A stretch of DNA of 55,864 bases from Minisyncoccota bacterium (GCA_023137615.1 JAGLOS010000002.1:1-55864), one strand, 5' to 3'; shown: positions 41,248 to 51,332, counted from the stretch's first letter. Translations and numbers: made by a program. The notes: generated by a model not told the origin, from the sequence alone.

Positions 41248-42171
41248 ATGGATACGCAAACAGATATTTATGACTCAACACCAAAATCGTCTGTATCTAT
41301 AGAAAAACAAAAAACTACTTTTTTTGTGAAGGTTTTTTATGTGGTTGTATTTATTGCGGCACTTTTTATTATAAAAAATGAAGTGTACTACTCGTTGTAC
41401 TATTTGGACGATCAAGAGATTATATTTGATGATTTGACTACCTGTAATGTGTTGGGTGTACAGCTTGTAGGTGGGTTGGTCACTTATGCGTCTCAAGACG
41501 AGATCGAAGAACACGGGTTTACGTTGGCTGATGAGATACTGTTCGCGATCGATGATGCACAGCAAGACGAAGAAACAGATGCCCTTATTTTGGAGATTGA
41601 TTCTTGGGGAGGAAGTCCTGTTGCAGCGGATGAAATAGCTGATGCATTGAAGCGTTTTACCAAACCGTCGGTCGTGTATATTCGCGGTGCCGGTGTCTCG
41701 GGAGCATATTGGGCGGCGACAGGAGCTGACTATATTTTCGCTACAAAAAATTCCGATGTGGGAAGTATTGGAGTGACTATGTCGTATGTGGAAAATTCTG
41801 AACAGAATGAGAATGCCGGATTGAAATATATAAGTTTGAGCAGTGGCGAGTTTAAAGAAGCGGGTGATCCGAACAAAGAATTAACGGAAGAAGAGCGTAC
41901 TCTCTTTGAGCGCGATATTGATATTGTATACAATAATTTTATTGATACCGTATCGGAAAACAGAAGTCTTCTGCGAGAAGATGTTAAAAAGATCGCTGAC
42001 GGATCAAGCGTTATAGGACAAATGGCGCAGGACCTCGGTCTTGTCGACAAGATCGGTACATTTTATGATGTTAGAGAATACGTGGAGAACCTCATCGGTG
42101 CGGAGGCAGAGGTTTGTTGGTATTTTACAGGAGAAGAGACGGAATACAGCGAGGAAGAGTATGATTATTAA
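41248..42171 (+). CDS. sppA: Signal peptide peptidase SppA (S49, 36K type)
   Basis: It has a TM anchor, then LILEIDSWGGSPVAADEI and GAGVSGAYWAATGADYIFATKNSDVGSIGV. The ORF track starts at the GTG at 41242. Confidence 0.85.
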   Translation: MDTQTDIYDSTPKSSVSIEKQKTTFFVKVFYVVVFIAALFIIKNEVYYSLYYLDDQEIIFDDLTTCNVLGVQLVGGLVTYASQDEIEEHGFTLADEILFAIDDAQQDEETDALILEIDSWGGSPVAADEIADALKRFTKPSVVYIRGAGVSGAYWAATGADYIFATKNSDVGSIGVTMSYVENSEQNENAGLKYISLSSGEFKEAGDPNKELTEEERTLFERDIDIVYNNFIDTVSENRSLLREDVKKIADGSSVIGQMAQDLGLVDKIGTFYDVREYVENLIGAEAEVCWYFTGEETEYSEEEYDY

Positions 42172-42204
42172 CTCAGTATAATCAAAGATCATGAAAGCGG
42201 TTGT

Positions 42205-42325
42205 CTCTGTCGTTTTGAAACAAAGTGTTTAACCACCTGTTTTATCATTTCGGACTAAACGAACGTGGAGTGACGGAAACACCGTTTTTTCTAAAATCTC
42301 AAACCTATAAGCTAAAACCTAACTC
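42205..42325 (+). repeat. Hairpin family B fragment followed by a 7-nt periodic array
   Basis: GTCGTTTTGAAACAAAGTG... and TTTTATCATTTCGG... resemble 7836-7860. The junction CACCGTTTTTTCTAAAAT leads into the heptads at 42291-42325. Confidence 0.6.
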
Positions 42326-42474
42326 ATTATTTATACAATGAGCGATCGGTCATAAGTACTATTGTCTTATTGATCTTCTCATGGTAGAAAGAGGGCAGTA
42401 AGGTCGAGTTTTTACCAATCACGTTTTGGTGCTCGATCTGTATCGGGTTCTTTGACGTACTAATCATAAATATT

Positions 42475-42882
42475 ATGGATATATGTTGTAAATCTACTCG
42501 AGAGGATTTCGAGGAAATTCGTTTGAGTATGGAAAACATCTTTCTTTGTCATGTGGCGGAGATTCTGTGCCGGAGTCCCCTGTATAACAAGTATATAAAA
42601 GATTCGAGATTCTTTTTTGATATCAGGGGATGTTATCCTACTGGCACCGCAAGTGTGTATGTTATTGGTGAAAAGAAACAACATACTTGTTGTTGTGGGA
42701 GAAATATGTATCTTAGTATTTCTCCTGCAGAAGAGGGCTGGTACGGCAGAGAATATCCTGAAGACGGTCTCAAGTTTGTTGGAGTATGGAGATGTCCGCT
42801 ATTGCGTGTGTGGAACACGCACAAGCATGACGTATGCTGGGACAGAGTTTTGGTTAGCAAAAAGATCCTATGGGCGACATGA
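42475..42882 (+). CDS. Hypothetical Cys-rich protein (135 aa)
   Basis: A strong terminator follows immediately. I recognise no motif. It competes with the minus-strand ORF 42327-42539. Confidence 0.4.
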   Translation: MDICCKSTREDFEEIRLSMENIFLCHVAEILCRSPLYNKYIKDSRFFFDIRGCYPTGTASVYVIGEKKQHTCCCGRNMYLSISPAEEGWYGREYPEDGLKFVGVWRCPLLRVWNTHKHDVCWDRVLVSKKILWAT

Positions 42883-42884
42883 TT

Positions 42885-42919
42885 AAAAGCGTTGTTGTAA
42901 AGTTACAACAACGCTTTTT
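42885..42919 (+). terminator. Rho-independent terminator
   Basis: 15-bp stem AAAAGCGTTGTTGTA / TACAACAACGCTTTT. Confidence 0.8.
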
Positions 42920-43132
42920 CTATATGAGTGTAGTATGCTAACCCTTATGGTAAAAAATTGAAAAAAGTCATTGTGAAATTTTGTATTTATTGTATAGTTA
43001 AGTCGTGCCTGATTCTTAAGGAGTCAGGCACTCTAAAAACATCCGTTCGGGTGTTTTTAGTCTCAACTTTGTAAAAGAACCGGTGCTCTGATACAATGTG
43101 TGAATTATCAAATAATATTTTGAATATATACT

Positions 43133-43384
43133 ATGGGAGTTAAAGACTTTTTTATGAAGAAGATGCTTGAAAAGCAGCTCAAGGATCTGCCGGCTGACCA
43201 ACGGGATCAAATGATCGCGGTTATCTCTGAAAATCCGGAATTTTTTCAAAAAATAGCTGCGGAGATCAAACAAAAACAAAAAGAAGGAAAAGATCAAACG
43301 GCGGCAACTATGGAGGTTATGCGGAAACACCAAGGTGAGTTGCAGAAGATCATGGGTCCGCAACAGGGGCAGAAACAAAGATAG
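43133..43384 (+). CDS. Small K/Q/E-rich hypothetical protein
   Basis: 83 aa, helical and charged. No motif recognised. Confidence 0.5.
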   Translation: MGVKDFFMKKMLEKQLKDLPADQRDQMIAVISENPEFFQKIAAEIKQKQKEGKDQTAATMEVMRKHQGELQKIMGPQQGQKQR

Positions 43385-43407
43385 AAAAAATTTGTAAAAA
43401 TTTTTTT

Positions 43408-43463
43408 CTAAAACCTAAAACCTAGAACTTAACACCTATCAGCTAACACCTAAAAGCCAGAAA
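43408..43463 (+). repeat. Eight degenerate heptads abutting the ychF start codon
   Basis: CTAAAAC CTAAAAC CTAGAAC TTAACAC CTATCAG CTAACAC CTAAAAG CCAGAAA, then ATG. Confidence 0.75.
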
Positions 43464-44567
43464 ATGTCATTATCTATCGGAATTGTTGGTTTACCAAATG
43501 TGGGGAAGTCCACACTATTTAATGCTCTTACTGAAAAAGGTGTGGAGATGGCTAATTATCCGTTTTGTACCATCGACCCGTCAGTGGGTGTTGTTGCTGT
43601 GCCGGATGAGCGAGTAGACAAACTTGCTGAATTTTCACATTCAGCAAAACGTATTCCCGCGGCTGTTGAATTTGTGGATATTGCAGGGCTTGTCAGTGGT
43701 GCGTCAGAAGGTGAGGGGCTTGGTAACAAGTTTTTGACAAATATTCGGGAAACTGACGCTATTGCGCAGGTTGTACGGATCTTTGAAGATGAGGAGGTTG
43801 TCCATGTTTCAGGAGAAATAAATCCGCTCCGTGATATTCAAGTGATCAATATGGAGCTTATTTTGGCCGACATGCAAACACTCGAAAAACGTTTGGATAA
43901 TATAGAGCGTGATGTGAAAAAGCAAGTAAAAGAAGCTGTGTTTGAAAAAGAAGTACTAACCAAAATCCAAATAGCACTTGAAGAAGAAAAACTCGCATCT
44001 CAAGTATCCCTTGAAGAAAAGGAAATTCCGGTAGTAAAGGCGATGCACTTGCTTACCGCAAAGCCGATGTTGTTTGTATTAAATAAAAAAGCGGGAGGAA
44101 AAAATCTCAACGAGATGCATGACACGCGCTTTGATGAACTTATGGAATATCTAAATTTAAATAAATTTAATTATTTAGTGGTGGATGCAAGTATTGAACA
44201 GGAGTTGTCCGGGCTTGATGAAGAAGAAAAAAATGAAATGCGGCTTGAATTTGGTTCGCATGAAGGAGCAGATGGTATTCGAGAATTGATACAACAAGCG
44301 TACAGGACGCTTGGTCTGATGACATATTTTACAACAGGAGAAGACGAAACGCGTGGTTGGACCATCAAAGTGGATTCTACCGCACCCGAGGCGGGAGCAG
44401 CTATTCACAACGATTTCAAGGAAAAATTTATCCGAGCGGACGTAGTTTTTTGGGAAGATCTGTTGAGTGTCGGTTCATACGCGGCAGCTCGAGAAAAAGG
44501 TTTGATCCGCACCGAAGGAAAAGAGTATGTCGTAAAAGACGGGGATGTGATCGAGTTTAAGGTTTAA
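43464..44567 (+). CDS. ychF: Redox-regulated ribosome-binding ATPase YchF
   Basis: 367 aa: GIVGLPNVGKSTLFNALT, the coiled insertion, and the TGS-like C-terminus (EGKEYVVKDGDVIEFK). Confidence 0.95.
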   Translation: MSLSIGIVGLPNVGKSTLFNALTEKGVEMANYPFCTIDPSVGVVAVPDERVDKLAEFSHSAKRIPAAVEFVDIAGLVSGASEGEGLGNKFLTNIRETDAIAQVVRIFEDEEVVHVSGEINPLRDIQVINMELILADMQTLEKRLDNIERDVKKQVKEAVFEKEVLTKIQIALEEEKLASQVSLEEKEIPVVKAMHLLTAKPMLFVLNKKAGGKNLNEMHDTRFDELMEYLNLNKFNYLVVDASIEQELSGLDEEEKNEMRLEFGSHEGADGIRELIQQAYRTLGLMTYFTTGEDETRGWTIKVDSTAPEAGAAIHNDFKEKFIRADVVFWEDLLSVGSYAAAREKGLIRTEGKEYVVKDGDVIEFKV

Positions 44568-44587
44568 GACGATTTCTTTAGGTAAAC

Positions 44588-44617
44588 AAAAACTCCATGG
44601 GTTACATGGAGTTTTTT
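44588..44617. terminator. Terminator between ychF and the convergent membrane gene
   Basis: Stem AAAAACTCCATG / CATGGAGTTTTT. Confidence 0.8.
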
Positions 44618-44621
44618 TATC

Positions 44622-45014
44622 TCAATAATCTATGTCGTTAACAACTAGGTAAATACCTAGTCTTATAAAAGAAAGGAGTAATATCACTACTCCAGAAATT
44701 GCTATTGACATAGCAATAGATGTTTTTAACAAGAGAAATATTAATATAAATATAGTTATAGATAACCACATCTCAAAAAATATTTTTTGTCTTTTTGGAT
44801 GACTGAGAATATAGTCGGGTGTGCTCGGAGGAAATTTCTTATAAAGAGTAAACCCAAGAAAAACCCAAGCCATAGCTGAAATTACTACAATAATAACGAG
44901 AAAAAGTTCAATAATGGATATTATTGACACAATCCCGAAAAAATCCAATCCCCACACGGTCATGGAAATCGATAGTAGAATTAACATTACACCAAAGATT
45001 TGTTTTATACTCAT
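44622..45014 (-). CDS. Hypothetical integral membrane protein (4 TM)
   Basis: 130 aa, strongly hydrophobic and AT-rich. Confidence 0.55.
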   Translation of the reverse strand: MSIKQIFGVMLILLSISMTVWGLDFFGIVSIISIIELFLVIIVVISAMAWVFLGFTLYKKFPPSTPDYILSHPKRQKIFFEMWLSITIFILIFLLLKTSIAMSIAISGVVILLLSFIRLGIYLVVNDIDY

Positions 45015-45162
45015 AAATTAATAATTTTAATAGATCCTATTAATATAGAATATAGAATACCGGCACAATAAAATATTTATTTGTTAAAAAACTGCTCGAC
45101 CGGCAGTTTTTCGTCTGCCAGTATTATTATATTACTGACGTGTATAATACTTACGTTTGCTA

Positions 45163-45588
45163 TTATGTCAACAAATTGTTTATATGCGGTACAAAAATAA
45201 GGAGACCCACAAAGACGGAAAAGACAACGGCTATAAGTACCATTCCGGCGGATACGTCTTTAGCGCGTCTGGCATCAAGATGATATTTGTCGGTGAGTAG
45301 GTCAACCACGGATTCTATTGCTGTGTTGACCGTCTCTGCTACCAGTACGGTCATAATGGTAAAACCGATAACGATCCATTCTATTGTTGATACTTTGAAA
45401 AAGAACCCTGCCGCGATCACACAAAAAGCGGCGAAAAAGTGAAATCTGAAATTCGGTTGTGTCTTGAGCGCGTATACAATGCCGTTCCACGCATGATAAA
45501 AAGAGATTAAATGCACCCGTTCTTTTTTGAAAGGGGCAGAAATTCTTCGACGAAGAACATCAAGATGGACTTTGTTTGAGTGTTTCAT
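45163..45588 (-). CDS. dgkA: Diacylglycerol/undecaprenol kinase
   Basis: FYHAWNGIVYAL, EWIVIGFTIMTVLVAETVNTAIESVVD and AKDVSAGMVL are DgkA hallmarks. I prefer the ATG at 45588 to 45621. Confidence 0.85.
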   Translation of the reverse strand: MKHSNKVHLDVLRRRISAPFKKERVHLISFYHAWNGIVYALKTQPNFRFHFFAAFCVIAAGFFFKVSTIEWIVIGFTIMTVLVAETVNTAIESVVDLLTDKYHLDARRAKDVSAGMVLIAVVFSVFVGLLIFVPHINNLLT

Positions 45589-45651
45589 AATAATTATTGT
45601 AACATACCCAAACGCAGTCAAGTTGCGTAATTATGAAAAGCAAAACCCCGC

Positions 45652-45918
45652 CTACGCGGGGTTTTTTTGGGTTTTACTTCTTAGTTCTTCGATTTTTTCT
45701 GTGTTTTTACACAAGAAGTAAGTATGTCCATTTGCTCTCTCAAAATCATGAGTACAGCCACATTCCCTTAGAGTCAAAAACATTTCATCAAATGTTTTTG
45801 TTATATGGAGGTATTCTCTGTTTTTTGGATATTTTTTTTGAGTATATATGGCGAAGTATCTTTTTTCATTAGAACCTTTTTTCTTTATGGCACCATAAAC
45901 TTTGATAGAGTTTTCCAT
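45652..45918 (-). CDS. Hypothetical protein (88 aa)
   Basis: Internal ATG (MENSIKVYGAIKKK...). The stop lies inside the hairpin AAAACCCCGC-CTAC-GCGGGGTTTT at 45642-45668. Confidence 0.45.
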   Translation of the reverse strand: MENSIKVYGAIKKKGSNEKRYFAIYTQKKYPKNREYLHITKTFDEMFLTLRECGCTHDFERANGHTYFLCKNTEKIEELRSKTQKNPA

Positions 45919-46019
45919 ATTTTTATATATACAAAGAACGTATGTCGACCACACACGTTCTTTGATATTAGTTAGTAAATAAAACTAATAATAACAGGTA
46001 TTAAACCCCCGTGAGCCAA

Positions 46020-46262
46020 GCTCCGGACTCAATTTTGAGTTCGCTTCGCTTTCGCTTTCCAGCGGCAAGCCGACGGGGTATTTACCTGATATTATTTCCT
46101 TACAGGAACTGTCCACTTATTGGACTTTTTATTTCGTTTCACTCACAAAAATTCTCAATAAGTCTTGCGAAAGCTCCAAGTGTTCGCTTTCTCACCTCGG
46201 CTCGGGAATGCAAAAGTTACGCTTCGCTCCACTTTTGCATTCCGCTCGCTCTACGTCGCTAA
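46020..46262 (+). repeat. Orphan copy (C) of the tRNA-flank structured repeat family, with no tRNA adjacent
   Basis: 46096-46196 aligns with 7448-7545 and 8848-8953: TTCCTTACAGGAACTGTCCACTTATTGG...CAATAAGTCTTGCGAAAGCTCCAAGTGTTCGCTTTCTCACC. ORF 46011-46262 is an artefact. Confidence 0.75.
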
Positions 46263-46433
46263 TAAAAACGAGTGTGTCGTTTGCTGCGCTCCATATAACA
46301 TTAAATGTTATAAGAAGTCAATATTTTAGTGTTACAAATTCGTTTAAGTCGGACTTTTTGCTGCGTCAAAAGGAAATTGTAAGAGCCATTATCTCGGAAT
46401 TTTTTGAAGTAAATGAAATATTTTACAAAATAG

Positions 46434-46462
46434 TTGACATGTTAGCAAGTTAGTGATAAAGT
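46434..46462 (+). promoter_or_regulatory. Candidate promoter (TTGACA, 17 nt, TAAAGT)
   Basis: Consensus -35 at 46434-46439 and -10 at 46457-46462, about 27 nt upstream of the ATG at 46489. Confidence 0.5.
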
Positions 46463-46488
46463 ATTTTACAATAACTTAATAAATATCT

Positions 46489-47517
46489 ATGGCTATTATT
46501 ACATTCAAACCAAAACAAGTTACAAAACGATTGTCAAATGTTCTTGGGGAACGTCCTCGGTTTGTCATTATGAATCGTTTTGGCTTGGGGGATAATGCTT
46601 CTCGTATGACTCTCGAGTCTATTGGTGGTACCTACGGCATTACAAGAGAGCGTGTCCGGCAGATCGAGAACTTTGGTCTGAATGCTATTCGCAAGTCAGA
46701 TATGTTCAATAAAGAACAAGCGGTTTTTGAGGAGTTGGTAAAGATCGTGACTGAGCTGGGAGGGATCGTATCCGAGGAAGACCTTTTGGGACATATTTCA
46801 AAAGATCCAAAAACACAGAATCACGTCCACTTCCTACTTGTACTTGGCGATGAATTTAAGAAAGAAAAGGAAAATAAAGAGTTTAAACACAGATGGAGTG
46901 TCGATAAAGATATTGCGGATATTGTTCACATATCACTGCAAGAGATGTCAAAAAAACTTACAAAGAACGATATTGTGTCAGAGGGTGAAATGATCGCAAA
47001 TTTTGTTAATCAATTGAAAGACATATCAGAACAATATAAAAATGAGGAGATCATCAAACGATGGCTCGGGCTTTCGAAGGTCATTGGACGAAACCCTCTT
47101 GGAGAATGGGGGATCGCGGAATCTTCAAACATAAATGCTCGGGGTGTTCGAGATTATGCTTTTTTGGTTATTCGACGCCATGGTTCTCCGATGCACTTTA
47201 CTGAAGTTGCCGAGGCGATCACAGACTTGTTCGGCAAGAACGCACATACCGCAACATGTCACAATGAGTTGATCAAAGATAAACGTTTTGTGTTGGTGGG
47301 TCGTGGATTGTATGCTCTGAAAGAGTGGGGGTATCAGACCGGTGTAGTAAAAGATGTTATTAAAAAAGTCCTTCAGCAACACCAACCGCTATCAAAAGAA
47401 AAGATCGTTGAGCAAGTGCTTAAGGAGAGATATGTCAAAGAAAATACCATTGCGGTAAATCTACAAGACACAAACATTTTTAAAAAAGACAAACAGGGAA
47501 AGTACTCACTTGTATAA
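46489..47517 (+). CDS. Sigma-70 region-4-like HTH protein with a C-terminal HARE-HTH-like domain
   Basis: 342 aa. TLESIGGTYGITRERVRQIENFGLNAIRK is a sigma region 4.2 motif. The C-terminus (MHFTEVAEAITDLF...FVLVGRGLYALKEWGY) resembles the RNAP delta/HARE-HTH fold. Confidence 0.7.
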   Translation: MAIITFKPKQVTKRLSNVLGERPRFVIMNRFGLGDNASRMTLESIGGTYGITRERVRQIENFGLNAIRKSDMFNKEQAVFEELVKIVTELGGIVSEEDLLGHISKDPKTQNHVHFLLVLGDEFKKEKENKEFKHRWSVDKDIADIVHISLQEMSKKLTKNDIVSEGEMIANFVNQLKDISEQYKNEEIIKRWLGLSKVIGRNPLGEWGIAESSNINARGVRDYAFLVIRRHGSPMHFTEVAEAITDLFGKNAHTATCHNELIKDKRFVLVGRGLYALKEWGYQTGVVKDVIKKVLQQHQPLSKEKIVEQVLKERYVKENTIAVNLQDTNIFKKDKQGKYSLV

Positions 47518-47525
47518 GCAGCAAA

Positions 47526-47565
47526 TTAGGTTTTAGCTTATGGGTTTGAGGTTTTAGGTTTTAGG
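47526..47565 (-). repeat. 7-nt periodic array (reverse complement orientation)
   Basis: The reverse complement reads CCTAAAA CCTAAAA CCTCAAA CCCATAA GCTAAAA CCTAA. Confidence 0.7.
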
Positions 47566-47590
47566 AAAAACGCGCACAAGCGCGTTTTCC
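47564..47590 (+). terminator. Terminator-like hairpin
   Basis: GGAAAAACGCGC-ACAA-GCGCGTTTTCC. Confidence 0.65.
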
Positions 47591-47683
47591 ACATGATTCG
47601 TAATTCTTAATTCCAGATTCATTTTTAAAATCAACTATCCAAAAACCATCATTTACGATATTATATAAACGTATACTATTATT

Positions 47684-48916
47684 ATGCTTGATAGCTTAAT
47701 ACAGAAATTTGCCGAATCGTTTGTTGTTGTGGGAGTTATTTTCCAATATTTTATTTACTGGGGACCATTTGTCTTGGGTTTTTTGTTATGGAATATGTGG
47801 AGAGATTTCTTGCTGAAGAAGTGGCTTTCTAATATGAATTGGATTCTTCTTGAAGTTAAGCTTCCTAAGGACATAAAAAAAACACCGCTTGCTATGGAGC
47901 TTATGCTTAATTCTTTGTATCAGACCAGTGGTGGGCCGTGGACAGATAAACTTTTTAAAGGGCGGACCCAAGATTGGTTTTCCCTTGAGATTGTTTCTAT
48001 TGAAGGTTCTATACATTTTTTTATTCGTGTTAGAGATTTTTACAAGAACTTTGTGGAGTCGCAAATATATGCACAGTATCCAAGTGCGGAGATCTACGAA
48101 TCTGCTGATTACGCACGAAGGATCAACTATAAGGGCGATGAATCACAATGGCAGCCATGGGGTCTCGAATACAGACTGGCAGGACCGGATCCGTTGCCGA
48201 TCGCGACTTATGTTGATTTTGGTATGAACAAAGGAGGTGTTAAAGACGAGGAGCAGATAGATCCGCTTACTACGATACTCGAAATGATGGGTACGTGCGG
48301 TAAGGGTGAACAGATATGGCTTCAGATCGGCGTGAAAGCATCGGGAAAACGATTCAAAAAACCCGGTTCATCTTTTGGAAAACAAGACTGGGTAGCCGAA
48401 GGGGAAAAAATGATCAATGAAATAAATACTAAATATAAAAGTGCTACAGGAGGTACTGAGGTTGGAGATCTTGGTATGACAGCTTCAGATAAAGCCAAGA
48501 TACAGGCAATAACACGCAATATATCAAAGATCGGTTTTGATTGCGGTATTCGTGGGTTTTACTGGGTCAATAAGAAACAAGCATCATTTGACGTGTCAAA
48601 AGTAAAGGGTCTTGTCGGTATGTTTATACCGTTCAAGCTCGATAGTTATAATGAGATCAAGATCGCACGAGCTACGGATTTTGATTTTCCGTGGGAGGAC
48701 TTTATGAATATACGCGTACAACATGAAAAGCGAAATATGTTTGATGCGTACAAACGTCGCTCTTTTTTCTTTGCGCCACACAAACGAAAACCATTTGTAT
48801 TGAATGCCGAGGAGCTTGCTACGATTTACCACTTTCCCGGTATGGTTGCTGAAACGCCGACGTTTGGTCGTATTGAATCACGTAAAGGTGAACCGCCGAC
48901 GAATCTTCCTATATAA
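47684..48916 (+). CDS. Conserved hypothetical membrane protein
   Basis: 410 aa with an N-terminal pair of TM helices and a large soluble domain (ILLEVKLPKD...FSLEIVSIEGSIHFFIRV...QIYAQYPSAEI). I recognise no function. Confidence 0.6.
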   Translation: MLDSLIQKFAESFVVVGVIFQYFIYWGPFVLGFLLWNMWRDFLLKKWLSNMNWILLEVKLPKDIKKTPLAMELMLNSLYQTSGGPWTDKLFKGRTQDWFSLEIVSIEGSIHFFIRVRDFYKNFVESQIYAQYPSAEIYESADYARRINYKGDESQWQPWGLEYRLAGPDPLPIATYVDFGMNKGGVKDEEQIDPLTTILEMMGTCGKGEQIWLQIGVKASGKRFKKPGSSFGKQDWVAEGEKMINEINTKYKSATGGTEVGDLGMTASDKAKIQAITRNISKIGFDCGIRGFYWVNKKQASFDVSKVKGLVGMFIPFKLDSYNEIKIARATDFDFPWEDFMNIRVQHEKRNMFDAYKRRSFFFAPHKRKPFVLNAEELATIYHFPGMVAETPTFGRIESRKGEPPTNLPI

Positions 48917-48924
48917 TATTAAGT

Positions 48925-49923
48925 ATGAGACTCTTAGTTGATAAAATAAAAGAATATTCTCAGTGGGTGTTAGATGATACTAAACGCAGTTTCGTTGCTC
49001 TCTCCGGCGTTGTAGCGGTAATTGTTGCTGTTTTCGTACTGTCTGTTACTTTGGCACCAAGAGATTTTCCGGTTGGGCGTATCGTAACGATCACGGAGGG
49101 TGCGACTCTTACAGAAATATCAGAACTTTTTAACGAAAAGTCTGTGGTTGCATCTCCTTTTTTCTTCAAGATGCTCGTAAAGGTATCGTCAAATGATAAA
49201 GAGATATTAGCTGGAGATTATTTTTTTGAAAAGCCGCTTACTGCATTTTCTGTTGCACAAAAAGTATCAAATGGTGAATATGGACTCGAACCCAAAAGAG
49301 TAATGATTCCTGAAGGAGCGACAGTTCTTGATATTGCGGCAATATTTGCGGCGAACTTTGCAGAGTTTGACTCTTTACGTTTTCTTGAATTGGTCGAAGA
49401 CAAAGAAGGATACCTTTTTCCGGATACGTATTTCTTTTTACCAAATGTACGGGAAGAACAAGTGATCCGTGAACTTATGGAAACTTTTGAGGTCCGTGTC
49501 GCTTCTATCGGAGATACAATAGAATCATCCGGAAGATCGTTTGAAGATATTGTCATTATGGCATCGATCATCGAGAAAGAGGCGTGGAAGGAAGATGATC
49601 GTCGTCTTATTTCCGGAGTGCTTTGGAATCGGATCGATATCGGTATGCCGCTCCAAGTAGACGCAACCTTTTTGTACATCAATGGTAAGAACACATATGA
49701 TCTAACCCATGATGATCTCGACATTGATTCACCGTATAATACGTATAAATATCTTGGACTTACTCCGGGACCCATCTGCAATCCCGGCTTGAATTCGATC
49801 GAGACGGCAGCGGCTCCTGAAGAGTCTTCGTATCTTTTTTATTTGGCTGACAGGAGCGGCAATACTTACTTTAGTTTGGATTTTGAAGAACACAAAAGAT
49901 ATAAATGGCTTTACTTGGACTAG
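48925..49923 (+). CDS. mltG: Endolytic murein transglycosylase MltG (YceG-like)
   Basis: 332 aa with a TM anchor: IPEGATVLDIA, GYLFPDTYFF, ASIIEKEA, LQVDATFLY, SPYNTYKYLGLTPGPICNPG. Confidence 0.9.
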   Translation: MRLLVDKIKEYSQWVLDDTKRSFVALSGVVAVIVAVFVLSVTLAPRDFPVGRIVTITEGATLTEISELFNEKSVVASPFFFKMLVKVSSNDKEILAGDYFFEKPLTAFSVAQKVSNGEYGLEPKRVMIPEGATVLDIAAIFAANFAEFDSLRFLELVEDKEGYLFPDTYFFLPNVREEQVIRELMETFEVRVASIGDTIESSGRSFEDIVIMASIIEKEAWKEDDRRLISGVLWNRIDIGMPLQVDATFLYINGKNTYDLTHDDLDIDSPYNTYKYLGLTPGPICNPGLNSIETAAAPEESSYLFYLADRSGNTYFSLDFEEHKRYKWLYLD

Positions 49924-49949
49924 AGTTTATTCAAAAGTTAAACACTAAA

Positions 49950-51332
49950 ATGGATATTGAGAATATTAAAAAAGTTCACTGTATCGGCATTGGCGGGATC
50001 GGGGTTTCTGCAGTCGCGCGTTTTTTTCATACGAAAGGTGCAAATGTGTCCGGATCGGATGTCGGTCTTTCTGAACAACTGCATGAGTTGAAGAAAAAAG
50101 GAATTTGTGTCTATGGTTCGCACGATCCGCAAAATGTTCCAAAAGATGCAGATATTGTGGTATATTCACCTGCTGTGCCGGATGATAATGTAGAGATGCA
50201 AGCGGCAAAGGAATATGGGATCCTTAATTTGTCATATCCGGAAATACTCGGACGAATTACTGAACATTTTACAAGTATTGCGGTCTCCGGGACCAACGGC
50301 AAGACAACGACAACCGCCTTGTTGGGAAAAATGCTTGAATCAGGGGGGAAAGATCCGACAGTGATCATCGGTGGCAGAGTTGCCGGATGGGATAATAATC
50401 TTCGTGTCGGTGAAAGTGACTTGTTTGTTGTGGAGGGGTGTGAATACAAACGATCAATGCTCAATTTGCAGCCATATATGATCTTACTGACAAATATTGA
50501 AGAAGATCATTTGGATTACTATAAAGATATTGATGACATCCTTGATGCGTTTACCGATTATGTGTCAAAACTTACCGAAGATAACGTCCTTGTCTATAAT
50601 AATGATGATGAATATGTACGCGATATATCAAAAAACACTGTTGCACGAACAATTCCGTTTGGTATGGAGGATGGTGCCGGTATTCGTGCAAAAAATGTTG
50701 TCGTAGAGGACGGAAAGCAAAGTTTTACTCTCGAGGTCTATGGAGAAGAGCGGGGAATACTCACTACACATATTCCGGGTACGTTCAATATTTATAATAT
50801 CTTGGCGGCTTTAACCGCAGCGTTAGATATGGGGGTTTCGTTTGAAGAGATCAAGAAATCACTTGATAGTTTTAAGGGGATGTGGCGACGATTTGAAAAG
50901 GTTGGTGAATATGAAAACGCGATTGTTATTTCCGATTACGCGCATCATCCCACAGCCATTAGGGGTACAATAAAAGCGGCTCGGGAATTTTTCCCGGACA
51001 AAAAAATTCTTGCGGTATTTCAACCGCATCACGAAGATAGAACCATAAAACTTTTTGATGATTTTGTAGAATCATTTGCAGATGCGGATGAGACTATTAT
51101 TGCGGAAATTTATCATGTACAAGGGCGCGAAGAAAAAGAATCGAAAATATCATCGAAAGACCTTGTAAAAGCCGTTGAAGACAGAGGCGGAGTAGATATG
51201 GTGTCGTATGCAAAGGACTTAGAGACGACAGAAAAAATGATTCGAAAAAAAGCAAAAGATTACAATGTAATTCTTATTATGGGAGCGGGGGATATAGACA
51301 GTGTTGCTAGACAGTTAGTCAGTAAAAAGTAG
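49950..51332 (+). CDS. murC: UDP-N-acetylmuramate--L-alanine ligase
   Basis: VHCIGIGGIGVSAVARF, GTNGKTTTTA and DYAHHP. I prefer the ATG at 49950 to 49905, which would overlap mltG. Confidence 0.9.
   Translation: MDIENIKKVHCIGIGGIGVSAVARFFHTKGANVSGSDVGLSEQLHELKKKGICVYGSHDPQNVPKDADIVVYSPAVPDDNVEMQAAKEYGILNLSYPEILGRITEHFTSIAVSGTNGKTTTTALLGKMLESGGKDPTVIIGGRVAGWDNNLRVGESDLFVVEGCEYKRSMLNLQPYMILLTNIEEDHLDYYKDIDDILDAFTDYVSKLTEDNVLVYNNDDEYVRDISKNTVARTIPFGMEDGAGIRAKNVVVEDGKQSFTLEVYGEERGILTTHIPGTFNIYNILAALTAALDMGVSFEEIKKSLDSFKGMWRRFEKVGEYENAIVISDYAHHPTAIRGTIKAAREFFPDKKILAVFQPHHEDRTIKLFDDFVESFADADETIIAEIYHVQGREEKESKISSKDLVKAVEDRGGVDMVSYAKDLETTEKMIRKKAKDYNVILIMGAGDIDSVARQLVSKK

Noticed and set aside
41527-41560. 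CTGATGAG, a hammerhead-like core, inside sppA.
   Set aside because: No matching GAAA/stem architecture is nearby. It lies in a well-supported coding region, so it is a chance occurrence.
42327-42539. Minus-strand ORF 42327-42539 (70 aa).
   Set aside because: It overlaps the start of the plus-strand ORF 42475-42882, which at least has a strong terminator. Neither has a recognisable motif, so I listed only the plus-strand ORF, at low confidence.
46011-46453. ORFs 46011-46262 and 46208-46453.
   Set aside because: They cover the orphan copy of the structured repeat family. The peptide similarity to the ORFs at 7276 and 8758 only reflects nucleotide repeat similarity.
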